The notes under the pieces: generated by a model
Told to the model about the DNA's origin: nothing
The model's database searches: none
The model's input: only the letters and a program-made list of their open reading frames with translations
Shown: one piece after another, positions 46,096 to 55,929 of the stretch
Layout: each line of letters opens with the position of its first letter
Position numbering within the stretch: position 1 is the stretch's first letter
IMG/VR virus record: IMGVR_UViG_2772190776_000003
Location: 1 to 64,000 of that record
Reading direction: 5' to 3' (one strand)
DNA from: a virus
Lineage: Duplodnaviria; Caudoviricetes
DNA length: 64,000 nt
Made by a program: the position numbers and the translations under genes

Positions 46096-46967
46096 CAGTC
46101 ATCCATCCTTACCGCGTAGTAATCAATGTGGCCAGTGCGCGCCACGTCCTGCATCACAACGTGGGTAACGCCGTCGATCTCCACCGTGTTCTCCACAGCG
46201 TTGTTGAACCCGCTGATGTGATAGACGCCATCCAACTCGCCAAAAATTCCGCTGGCGGCGTCGCTCAGCACAACAGGAGTGAGCGGATAGACCCCATCCG
46301 TATCCCGCGCCTTGTTGGTTGATCCGCACAGCTGGGCGTTGCACCACGGGTATGCCTCTGGGGTTTTCCACGTGCCGTCGTTAAAACGCATACGCATGTT
46401 GTTCCATGTACCGCTACCCACCGCACGGCCTGATCCACCCTTGACCCAACAGCTGTGCGCCGTATCACTGAACCGCGTGGTGGCCTCGCCATTGAGCATC
46501 CCCCCCACCACCATCGGGTAGGGATACTGGCTGGGCCTGGCATAGGGAAACATCTTGCCGATGTACATCGACTCATAGACCGGGGTGCCCACCTTCATGG
46601 CCAGCACCAGCCGCTGGCCGTTGAGGGTGAGCCAGTAGTCAATCCGCTGGTTATGGGCCGGGACACCGCTCAAGATGACGCCAGGCTGGGCAGTGAAAGC
46701 CGCGCCGGGGACATGGCCGGTGAAGCCCGCAGCAGTCAGGTTGTAAAAGTCGGAATTGGCGTTGTCATAGGTACGCATCCCCACAAAAATCTCTTCGGTG
46801 CCCGACAGGCCTGGCGCTTTGAGCAGCAGTTCGTGCTGGGCCTGCGTGGTGTCAAAGCGCAGCACTGTCCAGCCGTGTGCGGCCGCGAACGTGGCCACCA
46901 CTTCCAGCATCTTCTGGTGGGCCAGCTTGCCGCCGCCCGCCTCTACAAATCCAATTTGATGGGGCAT
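46095..46967 (-). CDS. Virion structural protein
   Basis: 290 aa after the TMP, YARPSQYPYP and GELDGVYHISGFNNAVEN motifs. Confidence 0.78.
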   Translation of the reverse strand: MPHQIGFVEAGGGKLAHQKMLEVVATFAAAHGWTVLRFDTTQAQHELLLKAPGLSGTEEIFVGMRTYDNANSDFYNLTAAGFTGHVPGAAFTAQPGVILSGVPAHNQRIDYWLTLNGQRLVLAMKVGTPVYESMYIGKMFPYARPSQYPYPMVVGGMLNGEATTRFSDTAHSCWVKGGSGRAVGSGTWNNMRMRFNDGTWKTPEAYPWCNAQLCGSTNKARDTDGVYPLTPVVLSDAASGIFGELDGVYHISGFNNAVENTVEIDGVTHVVMQDVARTGHIDYYAVRMDD

Positions 46968-46969
46968 GT

Positions 46970-49885
46970 TTAATTTCCTATGCCCAGGAGCTGGCGGAAC
47001 TTGGCCGGATTGCGGCTGAGCATGACGGTGAATGCCTCTTGGCCCTGGCGGCTGCCAAAGGCCATGGAGGCAATGCGGTCGGGGTCGTCAATGAGGTTGA
47101 GCTGCAGGCGGTTGTCGACCGTGCTGCCGCCCACATTGACGGTGGCGGGCTGAAAATTGGCGCTAGTGGGCACGCCGGAGTGCGCACCAGGCACCACCAG
47201 GCCACCGTCGGCGTAGCCTTGCCAGCCTTTAAGGGCGGCCATGCCTACGCGGTTGAACTCCGACAAAAAGGCCAGTGCACCGGGCTGGCGTACCACCTCT
47301 TGGCGGTTGACGAACTCACCCGCATGCACCACGCCTGCTGGCTGGTATTTGCCGCCGGGGCCGGTGTAGCCCCCCGAAGCAAAGCCGGGGATGGCTGCGG
47401 CCGCGCCGCTTGCGGCACCGGCGCCAGCCCCAAACATGCCCATGATGGAGCTGGCCGCACGCATGGCCAGCTGCTGGGCGGCCCACTGTGCCATAGCGCT
47501 GGCCAGGTCAGCCACAAAGCCGCGCACGGCGTCACCCAGGGTGGCGGTGCCGTCGGCCAGTGACTCCAGTGCATTCGCAAAGCTGTTGCCCAGCGCGTCG
47601 CTGAAAGCGTTTTTCAGCTCATTGGCCTGGGTGCGCAGGCCCTGCACGCGCAGCTCCATGTCGGCAAGGCCTGCGGCCAGGCTGGGGTCGCCCGTGATGG
47701 CGGCCAGCTCTTGCATGCGTGGCAGCAGTGCGGACACCTGGTCGGCGGTGCGCGTGTTCAGATCCAGAATCTGGCGCTTTGCCTGCAGCTCGCTCGTCAG
47801 ACCGGCCGTGACGTTGAGCTGCAGGCTTTGCTCGGTGCGGCTGTGGTTGCTAAAGACTTGCTCCACCTCGCGCTGCAGCTGCTGCAACTGGGCACGGGCG
47901 GTTTCGATGTCGATCAGCCGGTCGAGCTTGATCAGGTCTTCGGTCTTGCCCTCGGCCTGCAGGTCTTCGCGCAGTTTGCGGTAGCGCTCCTTGATGCGCC
48001 CGATTTCCGCATCGACGGCGCGGCCCGTGGCCTGTGCCAGTGCGGCGTCCACACTGGCCATGCCCTGGGTGATGCGCTCGGCACGGGCGCGGGCGTCCTG
48101 CAGGGCCTTGGTGGCGGCCACGGCGGCGTCGGTTTGCTGGGCCAGGCTGCGCAGCTGGGCGATGCGCGTGGCGTCCAGCTTGAGGGCGTGCTGGTTGGTG
48201 GACAGCCATGCCTGCAGCTTGACCGTGGCCTGCGCCGCGCTGCTGGCCACATTGGCCTGGGCGTTGGCCAGGGCCTGCTCGGCGGCCGCACGGGCCTGTG
48301 TGAGCTGCTGCAGCTGCGCCTGGAAGGCGCTGTCGACGGGGTTGACCTTGGTGGCTGTTTGGGGTGTCAGCTTGTCACGGACAGCCGCAATCTGGGCGTC
48401 AATCTCTGCCTGCGTCTTGCCCAGCAGCGCGCCTTGTTCCTTGATTTTCTTGGTCTCGTCGGCCAGCTGCTCGCGCCAGGTGCGCAGTGACTTGGCGCGG
48501 GCGTCCCAGCTATCGGAGGCCTCCATGCGGGCGCTGCTGTCACTGGCACGCTGGGCCGCAGTGGCCGCTTTGCGCTCTTCAGCGGTGATCTGCTTTTGAA
48601 TCCGTACCACCTCGGCAAGTGCTTCCTGGCGGGCTTGCTTGGTGGTATCGACCCCTTGAATACCAAAGAAGCCCGCAATCTTGGAGCTGTTGTTGGCGGC
48701 GGTCACCAAGGTGGCGTACTCTTTTTGCGCTTCGGCCAATTGGTCAGCCAGCGGGCGGACTCGGCCGATGTTTTTCATGGCGTTCCACATGCCACCAGCT
48801 TGCTCACCCACCCAGTTAAATGCGCGCCCCAGCGCGTTCAGCTGGGCTTTGACCTCTGCCACCCGGTCGGTCATGGCCTGCGCATAGGTGCGCTGCGCCA
48901 GCGCGGCCGCATCTTCCTTGCGGCCTCGCTCTTCCAAGGCCTTGATCTGCTCATAGACCGATGCTGTGAGGTAGTTGTACTGCTCATTGAGTTTGCGGCT
49001 GGCTTCTACTGGGCTTTTGCCCAGCTCGGCAAACTTGGCCGTCATGTCACCTACAGCAGCTGCGCCCACTTGGGCCATGCCTACCGTAGCCTGCGCAGCC
49101 AAAGACAGCTGTGCATTGGCTACACGGCCTGTGGCGGCCAACTCGCGGGTGGCCTCAATGGCCAGGCTGTAAGAGCCGGTGACGCGGCCCACCGCCTGTG
49201 ACGTGCTGGTGAGCTGGCTGGTGGTGGTGCCTGCGGCATTGCCATTCATGAGGATGGCGGCCGTGAATGCCTCGCTTTCTTTGGCCCCTTGGTACCACGC
49301 CGTGCCCAGTGCAGCGACTGCGCCAAGCGCCACCGTGGTGGGGTTGACCAGGGCCAGCGTGGCTTTGGTGACGGCAGCGATGGCTGGCGCCACGCCGCCG
49401 TACATATCTTTGAGCTGGCCGCCCTGCTGCAGCGCCACCATGAGCGGGCTTTGGCCCGTGGCCAGGCCTACGGTGATGTCCGTCATCTGCGCGGGCAGCA
49501 TGCGATCGGCCTGCTTGCGCATGTTGGCCTGCTTCCGGGCCTCCTTGGCGGCGGCCTCGGCGGCCTTGTTGGCTTCTGCGAGGGCCTTTTTCTCGGCCTC
49601 TGCCTGCGCGCGCAGGGCAGCCGCTGTTTCCTTGGCCGCCGCCGCCCGCTGCTTGGAGGTGGCGGTAGCGGCCTTGTCTGCCTGGGCCGTGGCCTGGCTG
49701 GCCTTGGCCGTGGCCTTGGTCGTGGTGGCAAGCTGCTCCACGGCTTTGCTGGCCGTATTGACCCGTGAGCCGGCGTTGCGCATGCCGTCCAGCTCGGCGC
49801 GCATGGCCTTGACCTGCTGCAGGGCTTCGGCAAGGTCTGCCTGCACGCGCAGCGCCACTTCCATTTGTTTGCCAGCGGTTGCCAT
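46970..49885 (-). CDS. Tail tape measure protein
   Basis: GQSPLMVALQQGGQLKDM, FASGGYTGPGGKYQPAGVVH. Confidence 0.93.
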   Translation of the reverse strand: MATAGKQMEVALRVQADLAEALQQVKAMRAELDGMRNAGSRVNTASKAVEQLATTTKATAKASQATAQADKAATATSKQRAAAAKETAAALRAQAEAEKKALAEANKAAEAAAKEARKQANMRKQADRMLPAQMTDITVGLATGQSPLMVALQQGGQLKDMYGGVAPAIAAVTKATLALVNPTTVALGAVAALGTAWYQGAKESEAFTAAILMNGNAAGTTTSQLTSTSQAVGRVTGSYSLAIEATRELAATGRVANAQLSLAAQATVGMAQVGAAAVGDMTAKFAELGKSPVEASRKLNEQYNYLTASVYEQIKALEERGRKEDAAALAQRTYAQAMTDRVAEVKAQLNALGRAFNWVGEQAGGMWNAMKNIGRVRPLADQLAEAQKEYATLVTAANNSSKIAGFFGIQGVDTTKQARQEALAEVVRIQKQITAEERKAATAAQRASDSSARMEASDSWDARAKSLRTWREQLADETKKIKEQGALLGKTQAEIDAQIAAVRDKLTPQTATKVNPVDSAFQAQLQQLTQARAAAEQALANAQANVASSAAQATVKLQAWLSTNQHALKLDATRIAQLRSLAQQTDAAVAATKALQDARARAERITQGMASVDAALAQATGRAVDAEIGRIKERYRKLREDLQAEGKTEDLIKLDRLIDIETARAQLQQLQREVEQVFSNHSRTEQSLQLNVTAGLTSELQAKRQILDLNTRTADQVSALLPRMQELAAITGDPSLAAGLADMELRVQGLRTQANELKNAFSDALGNSFANALESLADGTATLGDAVRGFVADLASAMAQWAAQQLAMRAASSIMGMFGAGAGAASGAAAAIPGFASGGYTGPGGKYQPAGVVHAGEFVNRQEVVRQPGALAFLSEFNRVGMAALKGWQGYADGGLVVPGAHSGVPTSANFQPATVNVGGSTVDNRLQLNLIDDPDRIASMAFGSRQGQEAFTVMLSRNPAKFRQLLGIGN

Positions 49886-49888
49886 GGG

Positions 49889-50185
49889 TTAGCTTTCGAG
49901 GTCGGTGTCTTTCGTCAGGTCACGCAATCGGTCGGTGGCCGCTTTGCCGCCGGCCATGCCGGCGTTGACGTCCACCAGCCGGGCGGCGCTGCGGCGGCGT
50001 TCCAGGCGCTGCGCCTCCCGGTAGTACAGCTTCAGCTGTCGGTCGGTGTAGTGGCCGAGGTCGCAGGCCCTGTGGCCGTGGGCGATGAGGGTGGCGTAGA
50101 TTTCTCCCCAGCCAATGGTTTCCGCGCCGCCATTGCCTCCTGGTACTGCGCCATAGCGCGGTTTTTGGCGCGGTTGACGAAAAAA
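49889..50185 (-). CDS. Tail assembly chaperone frameshift extension (gpT-like)
   Basis: -1 frame overlapping the chaperone 3' end, in-phase T TTT TTC heptamer at 50179-50185. Confidence 0.55.
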   Translation of the reverse strand, partial: FFRQPRQKPRYGAVPGGNGGAETIGWGEIYATLIAHGHRACDLGHYTDRQLKLYYREAQRLERRRSAARLVDVNAGMAGGKAATDRLRDLTKDTDLES

Positions 50186-50562
50186 TGCCCGTTCACCCCC
50201 CACCAGTGCATGAGCAGCGCTTCCAGGTCGTTGCTGTTGAGCGTCTCCACCCAGTCCACGTCACGGTCGACGGACTGGACGACCAGGGGCAGCAGTCCAT
50301 CGGTGTGGTGGGCAATGACGGCCAGCACGTCTTCGTAGCTGGGCGGTGCGCCTGCGGACAGCATGGCGGTGATGTTGGCCACCAGCGGCTCAGCCTGCGG
50401 CAGCAGGCGCAGCCATTCCACGTTGCCGTATTCGCGCACGGTGACGGTATCCACGGAGAGCTTCACCTCGCGCTCTGGGTGCAGCACCTCCAAGTCGGAG
50501 GGCTGCTGTTGCGCGGCTTTTTGCTTGGCGCTGCGCGGCTGTTTGGGGGTGACTTGAGCCAT
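50032..50562 (-). CDS. Tail assembly chaperone (gpG-like)
   Basis: Lies between the tube and the TMP, WWGVNGHFF motif. Confidence 0.75.
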   Translation of the reverse strand: MAQVTPKQPRSAKQKAAQQQPSDLEVLHPEREVKLSVDTVTVREYGNVEWLRLLPQAEPLVANITAMLSAGAPPSYEDVLAVIAHHTDGLLPLVVQSVDRDVDWVETLNSNDLEALLMHWWGVNGHFFVNRAKNRAMAQYQEAMAARKPLAGEKSTPPSSPTATGPATSATTPTDS

Positions 50563-50574
50563 GTCGCTGCCCGC

Positions 50575-51369
50575 TTACGGTGTGATGGGGTTGATCTGCA
50601 CGAAGCGGCCAAAGCGCCCTAGGGGGCCATTGGCGGGGCGCGATGCGTCTGCCAAGCACTCGGCCTGGTAGTTCATGCCTGCCAGCTCGGTACCGCTGGT
50701 AATCAAGGCCAGCTCTTGCAAGGGGGCCGTGCTGACTTTGTAGAACTCGGCAATCACCGGGGCATTACCTTCTGCCAGGTTGATGCCTTCGTAGCGCAGC
50801 TGCATTTGCTTGGGCGGTGCGTTGAAGAACGCCACCTGGCGGGCACCGGCGTGCTTGTAGGCAGCCTTCAACGGCTGGGTGAGCGCACCGGGTGCGCTGG
50901 GCAGGCTGAGCAGTTCAATGCTGCCGTGCTCCAGGAATGCGTCGTAGTGTTCCGGTGCCAGTGTGACGGGCGATCCGGCGCTGTCAGTGATGACCAAGTC
51001 ACTGACGTTGTAGGGGAAGTCCAGCTTGATGGTGTCGCCCACGGCTACAGTCTGGGGAAAAGTCTCTGCCGTCACAGTGCCCGGTGAAATCACGGTCACG
51101 GTGCCACGCAGCAGCTCGGCCAGAATGTTGGTGTCCATCTGGTGGATCACGCCATTGAGGGTGCGGTCACCGCCAATGGAAAACTTGCGCACGGCGGATT
51201 TTTGGCCGCTGTAGCTTTCCTTGTGGGTGGCCTGCTCATCGGTGCCGCCAAAGGTCAGGCTGGACATGTCGCCAATCCAGCGCCAGCCGCCATTGCCCAC
51301 GCTGCCCACCGGGCGCACAAAAATGCGGCCCTGGCCATAGAAATACTGCTCAATTGTCTTGTTGCTCAT
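50575..51369 (-). CDS. Major tail tube protein
   Basis: YFYGQGRIF...HKESYSG...GINLAE. Confidence 0.82.
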   Translation of the reverse strand: MSNKTIEQYFYGQGRIFVRPVGSVGNGGWRWIGDMSSLTFGGTDEQATHKESYSGQKSAVRKFSIGGDRTLNGVIHQMDTNILAELLRGTVTVISPGTVTAETFPQTVAVGDTIKLDFPYNVSDLVITDSAGSPVTLAPEHYDAFLEHGSIELLSLPSAPGALTQPLKAAYKHAGARQVAFFNAPPKQMQLRYEGINLAEGNAPVIAEFYKVSTAPLQELALITSGTELAGMNYQAECLADASRPANGPLGRFGRFVQINPITP

Positions 51370-51398
51370 AGTGCTGCGCTCCTGTGCGTTGTGCAGGT

Positions 51399-51605
51399 TC
51401 AGGCCTTGTTGGCGGGGGGGTATTGGGCGGGAGCGATAACTTCGGCACCGCGCAGCCATGCGGCGGTGGCCGCGTCGACCTCAATCTCTGCGCCTTTTTC
51501 ATGCGCTTTGCCCGCATGGGTGTGCGGCTTGAGCAGCGTGACTTTTTCAGTGGCTGCAACGGCTTTTCCGTTGACGTCTGCGGCGGTGGTTTTGGGTGTG
51601 CTCAT
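51399..51605 (-). CDS. Small virion protein
   Basis: VTLLKPHTHAG...A.WL motif. Confidence 0.7.
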   Translation of the reverse strand: MSTPKTTAADVNGKAVAATEKVTLLKPHTHAGKAHEKGAEIEVDAATAAWLRGAEVIAPAQYPPANKA

Positions 51606-51613
51606 GGGTGGCC

Positions 51614-52054
51614 TCACTTTTGGAGCAAATGGGTCAGTTGATAGGTTTCGACGTACAGCACCGTGGAGGCGTCGTAGTCCATGACGCGGCCGCCTTCCCA
51701 TGCCAGGGCAGTGGCGCCAGGCACCGGGGGCACCCAGCCCAGCAGTGCGCTGCGCACGGCACCAATCACCTGGCGCAGCTCCTCGCTGAGCTGCCCGCCT
51801 GCACCGGCGCGGTAGTTGCGCACGGCCAAGGCCACGCCAAAGCGGGTCTCAGCGGGCTGCACGCGGGGGCCACGGGGTGCGGGCCCAGCGCTGCCGGATT
51901 CCCCCGCAAAAATCACATAGGCCGAGGGCGTGCGGAAGGTACTCAGCTGTTGGATGGCCGCGTACTCGGCCGCGCCGCCCACTTCCAGCAGCACGGGCAC
52001 TTGGGTTTTCAGGCGCTGCTCCACCAGGCCGGTGTCAAACGGCTCAAAGTTCAT
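51614..52054 (-). CDS. Tail terminator (Mu Gp37-like)
   Basis: ALLGWVP motif, synteny. Confidence 0.78.
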   Translation of the reverse strand: MNFEPFDTGLVEQRLKTQVPVLLEVGGAAEYAAIQQLSTFRTPSAYVIFAGESGSAGPAPRGPRVQPAETRFGVALAVRNYRAGAGGQLSEELRQVIGAVRSALLGWVPPVPGATALAWEGGRVMDYDASTVLYVETYQLTHLLQK

Positions 52055-52569
52055 CGGAATGCCCCCAGCTGGCGGCGGCCGAAGACCGGGGCATCACCGG
52101 CAAAGCGCACATCGGTGCTGCTGCCGCCCGTGGCCACGGTGTCGTCAGCGCCCAGGCTGAACTTGCCGTCTGCAGTGAGCTGCAGCAGCTTTTGCGCATC
52201 GCGGTAGTCGCGCACGATGGGGTCGGTGCTTTCCATGCTCAGGCGGCTCTTGTGCAACAAGTAGCGGGCAATGGCGCGGCTCCAGCCGGTGACCAGCGTG
52301 GGCACCGGGTTCAGGGGCAGCGCATAGCCGCGCTTGGCCAGGAAGCCGTCAACCATGGCGTCGGCCTCGGTGACAGCGTTCAGGATGCGCGCCAAAGCCT
52401 CATCCGCCACCGCCTGATCCGCTGGTGCCCAGCTGCTGCGGTCGGTGCCGCGCAAGGTCGCGTCCATCAGCGCGGTGTCCAGGGTGCGCTTGCCATCGGG
52501 TGTGGCCACCTGGGCCAGCTCGGTGGCACCGGGTCGCTCAGCAAGATCAGGGGGGAGGATGTAGGGCAT
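52051..52569 (-). CDS. Mu gp36 / DUF1320 head-tail adaptor
   Basis: IARYLLH...DYRDA..LL...ADGK. Confidence 0.85.
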   Translation of the reverse strand: MPYILPPDLAERPGATELAQVATPDGKRTLDTALMDATLRGTDRSSWAPADQAVADEALARILNAVTEADAMVDGFLAKRGYALPLNPVPTLVTGWSRAIARYLLHKSRLSMESTDPIVRDYRDAQKLLQLTADGKFSLGADDTVATGGSSTDVRFAGDAPVFGRRQLGAFR

Positions 52570-52586
52570 GGCGGTGCGACCTTGCT

Positions 52587-53501
52587 TTACAGCCAGCCGG
52601 AGACAACCACTTCCAGACGATCCTTGAGGTCGTTGGTCTCGGTGGTCACTTCATTGCCCACGGTCACGGGCACCAGCTCGGCAGTCATCAGCTTGTTGGC
52701 TTGACGCTGCAGCGCGGTAGGCACCACCAAGGTGGTCGCTTTCAGTGCCAAGGGGCGGCCCATATCGCCTTTGAGGCCTTCAATCGCATTGATAGCGGCC
52801 CACAAGTTATCGCTGTTCAAAGGCTTGTTGCTGGCATAAGCCATTTGCCAGAAGCCAAAGCCCACATTGCGGCGTGCGTCTACGCCGTATTGGAACTCTG
52901 CTTTCGTGAAGACATTCGGATCTGTCTCTGCCGTCATCGCCACAAAGTGGGGGTTCTTGCGGTTCTGGAAGATCAGAGGCTTGATGGAGCGGCTGGTGTC
53001 CAGCACATACCACCAAGGGCCGTTACCGCCAGCATCCACGTTGCTGACGGCCTCTACCTTGCCCGATGCGTTCTTGACAGGGTGATTGGCTGCAAAGAAT
53101 GGCTTGCCGTCGTAGCACTTTTCGGCGGTGCCGCTAGACAGCAGGCCAAAAATCAGCTGATCAGGGTGCGCGGCAGCGGCGCGGCCAAGCTCACCCATCA
53201 GGGGCGTATAGACGCCATAGGTGTCATCTTCAATCGCGGTGCGGGGCACACCCACGGTCAGCTCGAAGGGCTTGTTCTTGATGCTGTAGCCGTGCGCTTC
53301 CAGGCCGTGGATGACGCGCTCGCCAATCCATTCACGCATGCCGGGCACCTGGCCCAGCCAGCCGTACTCTTCGGTACCCGTGGAACTGGGAACGACGGTG
53401 GCGAGCTTTTGGTAAATGCTCTGGGCTTCGTTGAGACCGCCTTGGAAGGCGGTTTTAAAACCCGTGAACAGGGTTTTCAGGCTAGATGGGGTCAGTTGCA
53501 T
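52587..53501 (-). CDS. Mu-like major head subunit gpT
   Basis: YGWLG..PGMREWIGER, KPLIFQ, GFGFWQMAY. Confidence 0.93.
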   Translation of the reverse strand: MQLTPSSLKTLFTGFKTAFQGGLNEAQSIYQKLATVVPSSTGTEEYGWLGQVPGMREWIGERVIHGLEAHGYSIKNKPFELTVGVPRTAIEDDTYGVYTPLMGELGRAAAAHPDQLIFGLLSSGTAEKCYDGKPFFAANHPVKNASGKVEAVSNVDAGGNGPWWYVLDTSRSIKPLIFQNRKNPHFVAMTAETDPNVFTKAEFQYGVDARRNVGFGFWQMAYASNKPLNSDNLWAAINAIEGLKGDMGRPLALKATTLVVPTALQRQANKLMTAELVPVTVGNEVTTETNDLKDRLEVVVSGWL

Positions 53502-53545
53502 GGTGCTGCCTTTTGACTGGTGGTAATGGGGTGCCAGGCCGGGGC

Positions 53546-53956
53546 TTAGGCGGTGGTGGGCACGGCAGCCTTGCCGATGTGCACCCAGACACCGACGTCG
53601 TCCACGTCGATGATTTCGCCTGCGATGCACGTGCCGGTCTTGGACACGGTGCTGTCGTCGGCCACAAAGGCGTTGTTGCCAATGTCTGCGCGGGTAATTG
53701 CTGCGGCCGCAGTGCTGTTGTCAAAGCGGAAGACACCGCGCTCACCCGGCACGGTTCCATCGGCCGGAACGGACTGGCGTGTGGATACGGCACGCACCGG
53801 CTTTTTGTCGGCTGCCACGGCGGGCTTGGCAGCGCCTGTGGCGTCCAGCACATACATCCCCCCGGCATAGAGCACGGTGGAAGCGGCGACGGGGTCACCC
53901 ACCAGCATGGCGTCGCCACGGCGGGGGGTGTTGCGGTTATCGGTTAGAGCGGCCAT
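53546..53956 (-). CDS. Capsid cement/decoration protein
   Basis: 136 aa between protease and capsid. Confidence 0.65.
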   Translation of the reverse strand: MAALTDNRNTPRRGDAMLVGDPVAASTVLYAGGMYVLDATGAAKPAVAADKKPVRAVSTRQSVPADGTVPGERGVFRFDNSTAAAAITRADIGNNAFVADDSTVSKTGTCIAGEIIDVDDVGVWVHIGKAAVPTTA

Positions 53957-53992
53957 GGGGTTTCCTTGAAGTGGTCGGTCAGTGGATCAAGC

Positions 53993-55207
53993 TCAGGCCG
54001 CAGCCTTGCTCTTGGCGAAGTCCTCGGGATTGATGCCCATGGCGCTGCACACGGCCACTTCCGAGGCATCCAGACCATGCGCGCCCTTGGCGGTGTTTTC
54101 AGGCTGCTTGCCTTGGGTCTGGGTGCCGGTCAGCGCAGCGATGGGCTGTGCAGTGGCCAGATAGCTGGTGAGCGCAGTCATATTGGTTTGGCCCAGCTCA
54201 CGCGCCCAGGGCTCCATGGTGGGCTGCAAGCGCCCGTCTGCTAGCGCGGGCTGGATGAGGGCGTCGATCTCGGCCTCCTGCTGCTTGGCGGTCAGCGCAG
54301 CCAGTTGGGTTTGCAGAGCAGTGAGCGCAGCCACTGGCGCATATTCGGCAGGGTTGGGCTTACCGGTGGCCACAGCAGCCGTCAGCGCGGCGATCACCGT
54401 CTCGGCCTTGGCGTCAGCGGGCAGGCTCAATGCTGTGCACGCGGCGGTAGCCACTTGGGTGGCGGCCTCACCGGCGGCGGCTTTGGTCTGCAGGTCTTTG
54501 ATGGAGCCCACGGCGGTCAAGGCAGCAACAGCGCCTTTTTCGTCGGTGGTGTTGGGCAGGCCAAAGGCTGCCAGCACAGCGGCTAACAATGGATTCATGG
54601 TGGTTTGCTCCTGGGGGGCGGGAAGAAAGGCCGCCGTTGCAGCAGCCAGAAGGGAAAGCGGCTCCAGCCCGTGCAAGCCGGGGTGGTTGGTGACAGCGCC
54701 CATGTGAATGGCCAGGACGTGGCCCTCCGGCTGGGAGTACTCAAACACGGGGCTGAAATAACGGTATTGCTTGGCGGCAATCAGCGCTTTGGCTTCGTCT
54801 GTCCACTCGACTTCGCCAAAAAGCCCACGGCCTTCAACCCAGCGCAGCCGGTGCAGCCAGCCCGCGGCGGGCGCGGGCTGACCGTTCTTTTCTTTGTGCA
54901 GGGTCTGGTGCTCGTAGTCGATCACCGAGGGCTGACCGCGTGCGGCGTGGCGGGCGATCACTTGCGCGGCCAGCTCGGCGTCGATGTACCAGCTGGCCAC
55001 ATCCATGGCGCGGCCATCGGCGGGCAGAAACTTTCCCGCCGGGGTGCACTGCACCAAGTGGCGGCCGCCGCCGATGTCTTCGCCGATAGCGGTGCCTTCG
55101 AGCGCAAAGCTGCAGGCAGCCAGGGCCAGATTGCCGGCGCCTGCACTGCACAGTGCGATGGCGCTGGCTGCGGCGGCAAGGGGGTGGGTGCGGTGTTTTT
55201 GGGCCAT
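53993..55207 (-). CDS. Mu-like prohead protease I / scaffold
   Basis: IDYEHQT, APAAGW, YRYFSPVF, TNHP. Confidence 0.92.
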   Translation of the reverse strand: MAQKHRTHPLAAAASAIALCSAGAGNLALAACSFALEGTAIGEDIGGGRHLVQCTPAGKFLPADGRAMDVASWYIDAELAAQVIARHAARGQPSVIDYEHQTLHKEKNGQPAPAAGWLHRLRWVEGRGLFGEVEWTDEAKALIAAKQYRYFSPVFEYSQPEGHVLAIHMGAVTNHPGLHGLEPLSLLAAATAAFLPAPQEQTTMNPLLAAVLAAFGLPNTTDEKGAVAALTAVGSIKDLQTKAAAGEAATQVATAACTALSLPADAKAETVIAALTAAVATGKPNPAEYAPVAALTALQTQLAALTAKQQEAEIDALIQPALADGRLQPTMEPWARELGQTNMTALTSYLATAQPIAALTGTQTQGKQPENTAKGAHGLDASEVAVCSAMGINPEDFAKSKAAA

Positions 55208-55214
55208 AGCCGCC

Positions 55215-55256
55215 ATGGTCGGCGGCTGCGGCCTTGTGGTCTTTTAGCGGGCGCTA
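55215..55256 (-). promoter_or_regulatory. Late promoter PI-like
   Basis: TAGCGCCCGCTAAAAGACC with GACCAT 18 nt after AAAGAC. Same layout as the site upstream of the holin. Confidence 0.6.
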
Positions 55257-55264
55257 GTGATTGC

Positions 55265-55813
55265 CTAGCGGCCCAGCAGCCAGTCCCGTGTGATGGTTTG
55301 GATCTCGCGCTCGTCCTCGGTGCTGATGCCCAGGAATGGCCGGGCGGGCATGACGGCTTCGTGCGCAGGAATGGTAACGGCCATGCTGCGCTGGGCCTTT
55401 TTCTTTTTCACGAAAAGGCGCTCTGTGCTGCCCGCGCCAAAGTGCACGGTGCTTTGGCGGGCTGGCTGCTCAATGGTGCCACCATGCTGGTGGATGGCCG
55501 CATAGACACTGTTGCTGCCCCAGCGCACCGCATCATTGCCCACCGGCTGCCAGTGGATGCGGCGCAGGTAGCCGTCCAAAGTGAGCACCTTGTCTTTGTT
55601 TTTCTTTTTGCGCTTGAGGTAGCGCGGGGTGAGCGCCTGCCATGCGGTGCCATCGGGGCCGGACTGGCTTTTGAAGCGGGCCTCTGTGCTGCTTTGCCCG
55701 TATTCGCCCAGCTGGGCCAGCAGCTCGGCGGGGTTCTCCAGCCGCGCTTGAATTTGCCCCAGCACGTCGGGGCCAACCATGGATAAATCAACGCGGATGT
55801 GGGTGCCTGCCAT
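55265..55813 (-). CDS. Virion morphogenesis protein (Mu gpG)
   Basis: PDGTAW, YAAIHQHGG, PARPFLG. Confidence 0.9.
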   Translation of the reverse strand: MAGTHIRVDLSMVGPDVLGQIQARLENPAELLAQLGEYGQSSTEARFKSQSGPDGTAWQALTPRYLKRKKKNKDKVLTLDGYLRRIHWQPVGNDAVRWGSNSVYAAIHQHGGTIEQPARQSTVHFGAGSTERLFVKKKKAQRSMAVTIPAHEAVMPARPFLGISTEDEREIQTITRDWLLGR

Positions 55814-55842
55814 TTTTGGGCTCCTGTGCTTACAATGTGATC

Positions 55843-55929
55843 AACTCATCGGGGGAGAAGGCCGCGCCAGGCCCACCGACCCTACCCCCGGAGGAGCCCA
55901 GCAAGTGGCGCTTTGCTGGGCTCGCCGTT
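55843..55929 (+). ncRNA. Candidate kissing-loop small RNA convergent on the MuF-nuclease gene
   Basis: TACAAT at 55831, nested stems, complementary loops GCGCCA and TGGCGC. Confidence 0.5.

Noticed and set aside
39971-46967. Diversity-generating retroelement or invertible tail segment
   Set aside because: No reverse transcriptase, invertase or template/variable repeat pair was seen.
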